A DNA stretch of 64,000 nt from Longimicrobiales bacterium (lineage in GTDB: Bacteria; Gemmatimonadota; Gemmatimonadetes; Longimicrobiales; Gaopeijiaceae). Within the stretch, counting starts at the first letter, position 1, and every line of letters starts with the position of its first letter. Shown here one piece after another: positions 29,431-37,256 of the stretch. The stretch spans positions 529,365 through 593,364 of the forward strand of contig JAWLHJ010000004.1 in NCBI GenBank assembly GCA_041690395.1, written 5' to 3'. The position numbers were made by a program, and so were the translations under genes. The notes beneath the pieces are model-generated. The model was given only the letters and a program-made list of their open reading frames with translations. It searched no databases and had not been told where the DNA came from.

Positions 29431-31266
29431 ATGATGCGTCAAATGAGGGAAGCGACGAAGCCGATCATGCTGGTCACGGCCTTGGCGTTCGTCGCGCTCA
29501 TGGTTTTCGAGTGGGGCATGGACGCCAGCGGCATGAGCTCCGGCTCCGTCGGGGAGATCGGCCGCGTCAACGGCGATCCGGTCAACTACGACGACTACAT
29601 GGCGGCGTACCGCCGACTCTACGACCAGGTGCAGAACTCCCAGGAGGGCATGATCACCTCCCAGCAGAATCGGGAGCTCGAAGATGCCGCCTTCGATGAG
29701 GTCGTCACCCAGATCCTGATCCAACAGGAGCTGCGCGAGCGCGGTATCCGGGTGACCGACCGGGAGATCAGCGAGGCCGCCCAGTTCAGCCCGCCGGACT
29801 ACCTCCGCCCGCAGTTCATGAACGATCAGGGCCAGTTCGACCTGCAGGGCTACCAGTCCTTCCTGGCCTCGCTGCCGCCGGAGCAGCTCCTCATCCTCGA
29901 GGCGTTCTACCGCGACGTGATCCCGCGCGGCAAGCTCCTGCGGCAGGTCACATCGGGCATCTACGTGAGCGACGCCGAGCTCTGGCAGCGGTACCAGGAC
30001 CAGAACGAGCAGGTCGAGATCCGGTTCGTCCCGTTCGACCCTGCCGGCCGGTATCCGGACTCCGAGTTCACGGTGCCGGAGAGCGAGATCGAGGCGTATT
30101 ACAGGGACAATGAAGAGGAGTTCGAGGTGCCCGCGCGCGCCAGCGTACGAGCGGCGGTGCTCCCGAAGACGCCGACCGCGGCCGACAGCGCGGCCGCTCT
30201 CGAGCGGGCGCAGCAGGTCCGAGCGGAGATCGTCGGCGGTGAGGACTTCGCCACGGTCGCGGAGCGCGAGTCCGCCGATGAGGGTTCCGCCGCCCAGGGC
30301 GGAGATCTCGGTGTCTTCCAGCAGGGTCAGATGACCCCGGCCTTCGACCAGGCGGTTTTCTCGGCGCCGGTGGGCCAGGTCACGGAGCCCGTCGAGACGC
30401 CGTTCGGATACCACCTGATCGAGGTGATGGAGCGGTGGGCCCAGGACAGCGCCCAGGCCCGCCACGTGCTCGTCCCCATCGAGCGCACCGACGACAGCGA
30501 GATCGAGCTTCTGGTGCTGGCGGACTCGCTCGAGGACATGACCGAGTCCAACACCCTGGAAGAGGCCGCCGCCGCGGTCGGGGCCACCGTATCCACGCTG
30601 GACATCAGCGAGGACTTCCCCTTCATCACGGGCGCGGGGCAGGCCTCGGAAGGCGCGGACTGGGCGTTCGAGGAAGCGGCGCCGGGCGAGGTGTCGCCGG
30701 TGTTCGAGACCGCGCAGGCGTTCTACGCGCTCGAGCTCATCGAGTCCGAGCCGGCAGGGGTGCTGCCGCTCTCCGACGTGCGGGCCTCGATCGAGTCGAG
30801 GCTCCGGCTGGAGATGAAGATCGAGCGTGCCCGCTCGGAGGCAGAGGAGATCCTCGCCCGCGTGCGCGGCGGCGAGGCTCTGGCCAACGTCGCGGCGGAC
30901 GCGGGGCTCGAGGTGCGCAGCGCCGGGCCGTTCTCGCGCGTGGACTTCGTTCCGGGGATCGGTCGTCAGAACGCGGCCATCGGCGCGGCATTCGGCACGC
31001 CGGTCGGCGAGGTCAGCGACGTGGTGACCACGGCCGCCAACGCCTTCCTCGTCGAGGTGGTCGGTCGGACGCCGGCCGATTCCACGGCCTGGACCACGCA
31101 GCTCGGCGAGCAGCGCGCCCGCGTCATCCAGTCGCTCGAACAGCAGCGGCTGGACGAGTGGATCACGGCGCTCCGGGAGTCGGCCAGCATCATCGACCGT
31201 CGGTCGGAGGTGCTGCGAGAGCCCGGCGACGAGGAGGTTCCGCTCCAGATGCCGATGGGCTTCTGA
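29431..31266 (+). CDS. SurA/PpiD-type peptidyl-prolyl isomerase
   Basis: N-terminal TM, SurA_N region, parvulin domain (GGDLGVF..M..FDQAVF..PVETPFGYHLI). Confidence 0.92.
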   Translation: MMRQMREATKPIMLVTALAFVALMVFEWGMDASGMSSGSVGEIGRVNGDPVNYDDYMAAYRRLYDQVQNSQEGMITSQQNRELEDAAFDEVVTQILIQQELRERGIRVTDREISEAAQFSPPDYLRPQFMNDQGQFDLQGYQSFLASLPPEQLLILEAFYRDVIPRGKLLRQVTSGIYVSDAELWQRYQDQNEQVEIRFVPFDPAGRYPDSEFTVPESEIEAYYRDNEEEFEVPARASVRAAVLPKTPTAADSAAALERAQQVRAEIVGGEDFATVAERESADEGSAAQGGDLGVFQQGQMTPAFDQAVFSAPVGQVTEPVETPFGYHLIEVMERWAQDSAQARHVLVPIERTDDSEIELLVLADSLEDMTESNTLEEAAAAVGATVSTLDISEDFPFITGAGQASEGADWAFEEAAPGEVSPVFETAQAFYALELIESEPAGVLPLSDVRASIESRLRLEMKIERARSEAEEILARVRGGEALANVAADAGLEVRSAGPFSRVDFVPGIGRQNAAIGAAFGTPVGEVSDVVTTAANAFLVEVVGRTPADSTAWTTQLGEQRARVIQSLEQQRLDEWITALRESASIIDRRSEVLREPGDEEVPLQMPMGF

Positions 31267-31304
31267 TCGGGCGGCCCGCCTGGGCCGTCACCCGAGGGAA
31301 AAGA

Positions 31305-31338
31305 AAGCGGCCGCCGGGGAATCCCCCGGCGGCCGCTT
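31305..31338. terminator. Bidirectional intrinsic terminator between convergent surA and tatA
   Basis: AAGCGGCCGCCGGGG-aatc-CCCCGGCGGCCGCTT with A/U-rich flanks. Confidence 0.85.
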
Positions 31339-31359
31339 CTTCTTGTCCTGCCGTCCCGG

Positions 31360-31656
31360 TCAGGTCGTCGGGGGCGACTCGCTCAAACTCCGCGGGCCGC
31401 CGTCGTCGTCGTCCTCGACGGGCGTGGTGACCTTCTCCTGATCGGCGGCCGCCTGCTGCTGTGTGGGGCGCTTGATCTGCTGGCGCTGGTCGGGAACCTT
31501 CAGCTCCTTCTCGATGTCGCTCACCGAGCTCTTGAACTCCCGGATCCCCTTACCGAGGGACGAGCCGATCTCGGGTAGGCGCTTGGCGCCGAACAGGAGG
31601 AGCACGATCAGGAAGATGAAGATCATCTCCCCCATTCCGAATCCACCTAAACCCAT
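31360..31656 (-). CDS. tatA: Twin-arginine translocase TatA/TatE
   Basis: LLLFGAKRLPEIGSSLGKGIREFK. Confidence 0.95.
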   Translation of the reverse strand: MGLGGFGMGEMIFIFLIVLLLFGAKRLPEIGSSLGKGIREFKSSVSDIEKELKVPDQRQQIKRPTQQQAAADQEKVTTPVEDDDDGGPRSLSESPPTT

Positions 31657-31724
31657 TTCAAACCTCCGTGGGGGGTCAACGACCCCTCGTTGTGGGCGCG
31701 GGCTCCAACGTCACCGAAAACGGC

Positions 31725-32000
31725 TCAGATGAGCGAGCGCGCTACCAGAGCGACGATGGCGATACCCACCAGCGTCAAGAAATTCAGTGTCAGAACCAGT
31801 GGCCCGAGCTCGAACGCCACAGCGACCAGATCGACCGCGAGCGGCCCCACCGAAGCGTTCACCGACGTCAGCACGAAATCCCGCGCGACGCTGTCCGGGA
31901 GCATCTCGGCGAACCGGGAGAGCAAGCCTCCGAGGAAGAAGCCGAGCACCATCGTCCAGGCGACGCGGACGGCCGTGCGCCGTCGACTATCAACCAACAT
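31725..32000 (-). CDS. Small membrane protein, DUF4321-like
   Basis: Two hydrophobic segments, VDLVAVAFELG-like motif. Confidence 0.7.
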   Translation of the reverse strand: MLVDSRRRTAVRVAWTMVLGFFLGGLLSRFAEMLPDSVARDFVLTSVNASVGPLAVDLVAVAFELGPLVLTLNFLTLVGIAIVALVARSLI

Positions 32001-32062
32001 ACCGTATTCCAGGCAAGCGGGTTCCGTGCATTGTGGACCGTGACGTCATCGTTTCGACTCGC

Positions 32063-33040
32063 TCATCGGCGCCGGTCGACGGCATAGGAGACCGACGCCT
32101 CCAGCGCGTCCACCGCCGGGCCAGGGGGAAGCTCGCGCAGGGCGCCGAGCGCCCGCTCCGCATATTCGGCGGCCTTTCGCTGCGCATAGTCGAGGCCTCC
32201 GCGCTCCATGACGATCTCCACGATACGGGCGATCTCCTCGTCACTGGGGTCGACCCGGGTGAAGAAGCGACGGATCTCGCGGTCCTCGGTCTCGGAGGCG
32301 TCGCGAAGGGCTCCGATCAGCGGTAGGGTGACCTTCCGCTCCCGGAGATCGTGACCGGTCGGCTTGCCCGTCACCTCCTCGGTCCCCGTGTAGTCGAGCA
32401 GGTCGTCCGCGATCTGGAACGCCATCCCCAGGCCGTGCCCGTAGCGGGCCAGCGGTTCCCGGTACGCCGGAGCGCCCGAGAGGGCGCCCATCTCGCACGC
32501 GGCCGACATCAGCGAAGCCGTCTTGGCGGCGATGAGCCGGTAGTAGTCCTCTTCCGAGAAGTCGAGCGCGTCGTACGACGTGAGCTGCCGCATCTCGCCG
32601 ACCGACATCTCGTTCGCGGCGTTCGCGAGCACGGCCAGCGCGTCGATGTTGCCGACGCGGGCCAGCTCGGACACACCTCGGGAGTACAAGTAGTCCCCCA
32701 TGATGACCGCGATCTGGTGCGTCCAGAGCGCGTTCACCGTCGGCAGACCGCGACGCAGCACCGAGTGGTCGACGGAGTCGTCGTGCACGAGGGTCGCCAG
32801 GTGCACCAACTCCACGACCGCGGCCAACGTCAGCGCGTCGTCCCCCTCCCGACCGTCGACCGCATCGGCGAGGAGCAGGAGCGTCGGTCGGAACAGCTTC
32901 CCCTGCATGAACAGGAGATGCTCGTTCACGTCCTCGATCATCGCGAAGTCCGACAGCACGATGCGCCGGATCTCGCCAGCCACCTGGTCGAGCTGGTCCT
33001 TCACCGGTGCCTGGATGGCGGACAGCTTCGGGGGCGTCAC
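32063..33040 (-). CDS. Polyprenyl diphosphate synthase (IspB/HepT-like)
   Basis: GKLFRP, LVHDDSVD..RRG, KTA, FQIADDLLD, GK..G.DLRE. Confidence 0.93.
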   Translation of the reverse strand: MTPPKLSAIQAPVKDQLDQVAGEIRRIVLSDFAMIEDVNEHLLFMQGKLFRPTLLLLADAVDGREGDDALTLAAVVELVHLATLVHDDSVDHSVLRRGLPTVNALWTHQIAVIMGDYLYSRGVSELARVGNIDALAVLANAANEMSVGEMRQLTSYDALDFSEEDYYRLIAAKTASLMSAACEMGALSGAPAYREPLARYGHGLGMAFQIADDLLDYTGTEEVTGKPTGHDLRERKVTLPLIGALRDASETEDREIRRFFTRVDPSDEEIARIVEIVMERGGLDYAQRKAAEYAERALGALRELPPGPAVDALEASVSYAVDRRR

Positions 33041-33065
33041 GGCGCGACGCCGGACCCGGGTCGCA

Positions 33066-34799
33066 TCAGCGGAGGGCACGAAGGCGCTCCGTGACGTCCG
33101 CGAAGTTGATGTCGAGCGCGAACACGCGGTCGTAGAACTCGACCGCCGACTCGTTCTGCCCGAGCTTCTCGTGGGCCCGGGCGAGGTAGTAGTAGATCCC
33201 GAGGAGCTCGTCCTCGACGCCGGTCGGGATCTTGAGCGCTCGCTCCAGCGACTTCACGGCCGCCTCGTTCTTGCCCATCTCGAGGAAGGTCTGGCCCAGG
33301 AGCTCGTAGGTCGGCAGGTGGTCGGCCGAAGCACGGAGAGCCGCCTGGAACTCACCGATCGCCTCGTCGAGCAGCCCCATCTCCTTGTAGGCCGTGCCGA
33401 GGTCGTGGTGGGCCCTCACGTCGGACGCCTCGAGGTTCTCGGAGACCTTCTCCTTGAACTGCGAGAGCATCTTCTGGAAGTCGGCCGTCTCGTCGCCGCT
33501 CGGCTCCTCGTACTGGACCCGGAAGCGGGTCGTCTTGGGCTCCGCGGGCTCGTCGCCGAAGATCATCGACCCGAGATCGACGTAGTCGCCGGCCGCGGGC
33601 TCCTCGGTCTCCCCCGGGGCCTCGGCTTCCGTCTCCTCGGGCTCGTCGAAGCCGGGGAGATCGACGACCTCGTCGTCGTCGTCCCAATCGTCGGGCTCCG
33701 CCTCGATGTCGGCCGTGTCGAGGCCGAACTCGCCCGCTTCGTCCAGGACCTCGGTCGATGCGGGGACGACGTCCTCGTCGCCTTCGTCCGGTCCGTCGAA
33801 ACCGATCAGCGGCAGATCGGGCGCCTCGTCTTCCTCGTCCTCAGGCTCGTCCTCGGCTTCGGGCTCGGCGGCGGCTTGCTCCTCTTCCTCTTCCTCTTCC
33901 TCTTCCTCCTCTTCCTCGTCCTCGGCTTCGGGCTCGGCGGCGGCGTCCTCCCACGCGTCCTCGAGCGCGTCCATGACGGGGAGCTCTTCCAGCTCGGCGG
34001 GCTCGTCCTCCGCCTCCGCCTCGACTGCCGGAGCGGGCTCGTCCGGGACGAGGGCATCGGCGTCGTCCAGCCCCTCGGCCGCGACCGGCGCCACGTCCTC
34101 GTCGTCCTCCTCCCCGAACGGCTTCATGTACTCGAAGCCGTCGCCCGGGGCGGCACCCTTGTCGAGCGCCTCGACCGCGAGCGCCTCGAAATCGATGTCC
34201 GGATCGAGCTCGAGGAGTCGGCTCTCGAGCCCGAAGGCCCGATCGTCGCGGCCGGTCTGTTTGAGGACCTGATAGGCGATCGACAGCTGCCCGATCCCCT
34301 CCTCGGTCCGGTCGCTCGCCAGCATCTGGTCGGCCACCGCGACGCGGACGTCGACGTCGTCCCGCACGAGGTCGGCGAACTCGACGAGCGCCCGGAACGA
34401 TTCGTCCAGGTCCCCCGCCTCCGACATCAGCTCGGCGTACTTCAGGAAGTTCTCGCGGGCGTCGGGAATGAACCCCTGCTCGGCCCTGATCTGGCCCATG
34501 ACGAGGTAGATCTGGTCCCGGCCGGGCACGTGCCGCACGATCTTCTTGCAGACCGCGATGGCATTGTTGGGGAGATACGCGTCGCGGTAGAGCGCGATGG
34601 CGCGATCGTAGTGCTCGAGCGCCTTTTCGTAGTTCCCGACCTTCACGTACAGGTCACCGACCCGGTTGTGGAGACCGCTGTCGGGCTGGTCTTCCTCGTC
34701 CAGCTTCGCGATCGCCTTACCGTATTGGTCCAGTGCCTTCTGCCACTCTTCGCTCTGTTCGTGGCGTCGGGCCTGTGCTTTGAGCGACTCGATGCTCAT
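33066..34799 (-). CDS. TPR protein with acidic linker, SgmX-like
   Basis: N-terminal TPRs, long E/D-rich linker, C-terminal FKEKVSENL..DVRAHHDLGTAYKEMGLLDEAIGEF. Confidence 0.8.
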   Translation of the reverse strand: MSIESLKAQARRHEQSEEWQKALDQYGKAIAKLDEEDQPDSGLHNRVGDLYVKVGNYEKALEHYDRAIALYRDAYLPNNAIAVCKKIVRHVPGRDQIYLVMGQIRAEQGFIPDARENFLKYAELMSEAGDLDESFRALVEFADLVRDDVDVRVAVADQMLASDRTEEGIGQLSIAYQVLKQTGRDDRAFGLESRLLELDPDIDFEALAVEALDKGAAPGDGFEYMKPFGEEDDEDVAPVAAEGLDDADALVPDEPAPAVEAEAEDEPAELEELPVMDALEDAWEDAAAEPEAEDEEEEEEEEEEEEEQAAAEPEAEDEPEDEEDEAPDLPLIGFDGPDEGDEDVVPASTEVLDEAGEFGLDTADIEAEPDDWDDDDEVVDLPGFDEPEETEAEAPGETEEPAAGDYVDLGSMIFGDEPAEPKTTRFRVQYEEPSGDETADFQKMLSQFKEKVSENLEASDVRAHHDLGTAYKEMGLLDEAIGEFQAALRASADHLPTYELLGQTFLEMGKNEAAVKSLERALKIPTGVEDELLGIYYYLARAHEKLGQNESAVEFYDRVFALDINFADVTERLRALR

Positions 34800-35758
34800 T
34801 CGGTGCCGTCCGAGGTCTCCGTGCTCCCGCCGACGCGCCGTGCGACGTGCTGGGCGAGCCGGTGGGATAGGACCCGGGCGGGTCCCAGGTCAGGAACGAC
34901 TAATCTGTCCCCCCCGGGCGGAAGCACAAGGGTATCGGGCATCATACCGATGACCTCCGTCTCCTCGACAGAGCCGCCGAGTGCCTCGATCCCGGTGTGG
35001 ATTCCGGCCAGGACGTCGAGCGGCGAGACACCGACGGGATCCTCGAGATTCATGGAGATCTGGAGCTGGCCGGAGCCGGGCATGCGGAGGCCCAGCGCGC
35101 GCAGGGATCGGAAGCCACCCCCCCGCTCCCGGATCTCCGCCGCGATCCGACGGGCGTCGTCGAGCGTGACGCCACGCACCCAGACGTTCCAGGCGAGAAG
35201 AACGGGCCGAGCACCCACGCAGGTGACGCCCGCGGTCGGGTGGGGCCGGAGACCGCGCGGGCGCGGGGTTCCGCCCGGCCACAGGTCGGGCTCTCTCCCC
35301 GCCGGGAAGCCGTCCCGCAGTGCCTCCACGCCGCCGCGTCGGAGCTCGGCCAATCCCCGCCCCGGCGGATCGGAGGCCTGGGCGTAGAGGTAGACCGGCA
35401 CGTCGAGCTCCGCCGCGATCCTCCGGCCGACCCTGCGCGCCGAGGCCACGGCGTCCGCCATCGTCAGGTCGTGGAGCGGCACGAACGGGAGGACGTCCAG
35501 CGCTCCCACACGTGGGTGGATCCCCTGGTGCTCCCGCAGGTCGATGTGCTCCACCGCGAAGCGGGCTGCGGTGAATGCCGCCTCCTCGACCGCGGACGGC
35601 TCTCCGATGAAGGTGAGGACGGAACGATGATGGTCGGCGTCCGACGACCAGTCGAGCACGTCGACGCCGACGGCCTGCACGAGCTCGACGAGCCGCCCGA
35701 CCTTCGCGACGTCACGTCCTTCGGAGATGTTCGGAACCGCTTCGAGAACCGGAATCAT
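34796..35758 (-). CDS. Glutamate formiminotransferase (stand-alone FT domain)
   Basis: LEAVPNISEGRD, DADHHRSV, HPRVGALDVLPFVP, QISMNL; no cyclodeaminase domain. Confidence 0.88.
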   Translation of the reverse strand: MIPVLEAVPNISEGRDVAKVGRLVELVQAVGVDVLDWSSDADHHRSVLTFIGEPSAVEEAAFTAARFAVEHIDLREHQGIHPRVGALDVLPFVPLHDLTMADAVASARRVGRRIAAELDVPVYLYAQASDPPGRGLAELRRGGVEALRDGFPAGREPDLWPGGTPRPRGLRPHPTAGVTCVGARPVLLAWNVWVRGVTLDDARRIAAEIRERGGGFRSLRALGLRMPGSGQLQISMNLEDPVGVSPLDVLAGIHTGIEALGGSVEETEVIGMMPDTLVLPPGGDRLVVPDLGPARVLSHRLAQHVARRVGGSTETSDGTE

Positions 35759-35789
35759 GCCGGACAAGATAAGGCCGGATGCCACCGGG

Positions 35790-35805
35790 CAGTTACCGCG
35801 GTAAC
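35790..35805. promoter_or_regulatory. Palindrome GTTACCGCGGTAAC over the -35 region of the formiminotransferase promoter
   Basis: Perfect 14-bp palindrome at 35792-35805; -10 TATCTT at 35766-35771 (minus); the same 16-mer occurs at 58267-58282. Confidence 0.55.
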
Positions 35806-35841
35806 CGGCACAGGTGACGGGCTCGGCCGACCGTGACGACG

Positions 35842-35876
35842 AAACCGGCCCACCGGGAGCGATCCCGATGAGCCGG
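35842..35876 (-). terminator. Intrinsic terminator after the FN3 lipoprotein gene
   Basis: Minus strand CCGGCUCAUCGGGA-ucgc-UCCCGGUGGGCCGG-UUUCG, 14-bp stem with two G.U pairs. Confidence 0.75.
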
Positions 35877-35949
35877 CCATGGCGGGCTGGACGCCGCGCG
35901 TATCTCGCGTCCGGTCGGCGCCCAACCCCGATGCGTCCGTGTTCGTCGG

Positions 35950-37086
35950 TCAGGACCTACCGGGAACGAGCTCCGGGTTCCCCGGCTGGAGCTGGTAGGC
36001 CCAGTCGAAGATCATCACGCCACCGTTCTCGTTCTCCCCCTGCATCGTGACGCGGATCGCCCCGTAGTGGACCTCCCCGTCGTCACCGATGACTTCGAGG
36101 AAGTAGATGTACTCGGGCTCGATCGGTATCACGTCCTGCGTGTATCCGGTCGTTCCCGACGGAGCGATGGTAGCGTCGAGGCAGTCAAAATCCGCAGCCA
36201 CGCCGCACTTGAGTTGACTCGAGAAGAACCCTTCGTCATAGACCCACGTCCCGGCCGCAACGGTCGGCCGTAGCCACCAGAGACCGGTTCCATCGCGCTC
36301 GACGCTGAAATGCGCGTCCGGATCGTCGCCTGGCAGGATGGAACCGTCTGCGTCATCCTCGGGGAAGCGGAAGCCCGACGCCGAGTTATCGTCGAAGTAG
36401 TCGTAAATAATCTGTGCGGTATAATCCGGTCGCGGCGTCCCCGACGCGATCGTGCTCGACGCGCCCTCGTGCCCGTCCACGTCGACGGCCGTCACGAAGT
36501 AGTCGTAGGTCATCCCGTTCCCGGCCAGCAGGTCGAGGAAGCCCTCCGAGTCCGTTTCACCGAGCAGATAGTCGTTCCCATCCGGCGCGGCCTGGTAGAC
36601 GCGGTAGAACGAGAAGTCCGTGGCGTCCCGTGAGCGATCCCCCCAGACGATGTAATTCGCATCGTCCAACGCGATCACGCGGCTCTGGTCCGGGGCCGGA
36701 GGCGCGGTCCGCTCGGGTGAGAACACCTCGACGGTGAAGTCCGAGGGCGTCTCGAGGCCGGCACCCGGATCCCAGGCGGCCACGTAGTACTCGTACGTGA
36801 CGCTCGGCTCGATGTTGGTGTCGCTGTAGGAGCACAACCCGCTCGTGCAGCTCGTCACCTCGGCGATCAGGAAGTAGTCGGCGTCGCTCACGCGGCGGCC
36901 GTAGACGCGGAAGGACTCACCGTCCCACCCGGATCCCAGCTCCCAGGTCAGCGTGATGGCGCCGGCGTAGTAGCCGCCCTCCAGCGCCCTCGGTGCGGCG
37001 GGTGCCCCCACGACCACCGTCGAATCGTTGTTGCACCCGGCGGCCCCGATCAGGGTGGCGAGCACAACGAACATGACACGTCTCAT
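35950..37086 (-). CDS. Lipoprotein with fibronectin type III-like domains
   Basis: Lipobox AAGC; LTW..F.VY, YEYYVAAWD, YDYFVTAVD..G.E FN3-like strands; GAGGAG RBS. Confidence 0.8.
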   Translation of the reverse strand: MRRVMFVVLATLIGAAGCNNDSTVVVGAPAAPRALEGGYYAGAITLTWELGSGWDGESFRVYGRRVSDADYFLIAEVTSCTSGLCSYSDTNIEPSVTYEYYVAAWDPGAGLETPSDFTVEVFSPERTAPPAPDQSRVIALDDANYIVWGDRSRDATDFSFYRVYQAAPDGNDYLLGETDSEGFLDLLAGNGMTYDYFVTAVDVDGHEGASSTIASGTPRPDYTAQIIYDYFDDNSASGFRFPEDDADGSILPGDDPDAHFSVERDGTGLWWLRPTVAAGTWVYDEGFFSSQLKCGVAADFDCLDATIAPSGTTGYTQDVIPIEPEYIYFLEVIGDDGEVHYGAIRVTMQGENENGGVMIFDWAYQLQPGNPELVPGRS

Positions 37087-37144
37087 GATTCCTCTCCTCG
37101 GTCGGGCCCCGCGGTGCGAGGCCTTGCGTGACACCCAACGCAGG

Positions 37145-37191
37145 AGCACGGCGCGTGCCGCGCACTCAAGTCGTTGTAGAACAGCACGTTA
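37145..37191 (-). promoter_or_regulatory. Putative sigma54 (-24/-12) promoter with upstream IHF-like site
   Basis: Minus strand CGGCACGCGCCGTGCT (GG-N10-GC) at 37145-37160; CTACAACGACTTG at 37167-37179. Confidence 0.5.
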
Positions 37192-37256
37192 CGAAACGCA
37201 CGGTCGCGCGTAGCGTCCTCACCAGGGGACACCTGACGCGCAGATGGGAGACAGCC

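Noticed and set aside
35836..35876. GACGAAAC and CGATGAG resembling a hammerhead ribozyme core
   Set aside because: It lacks CUGAUGA and the correct topology; a minus-strand terminator explains it fully
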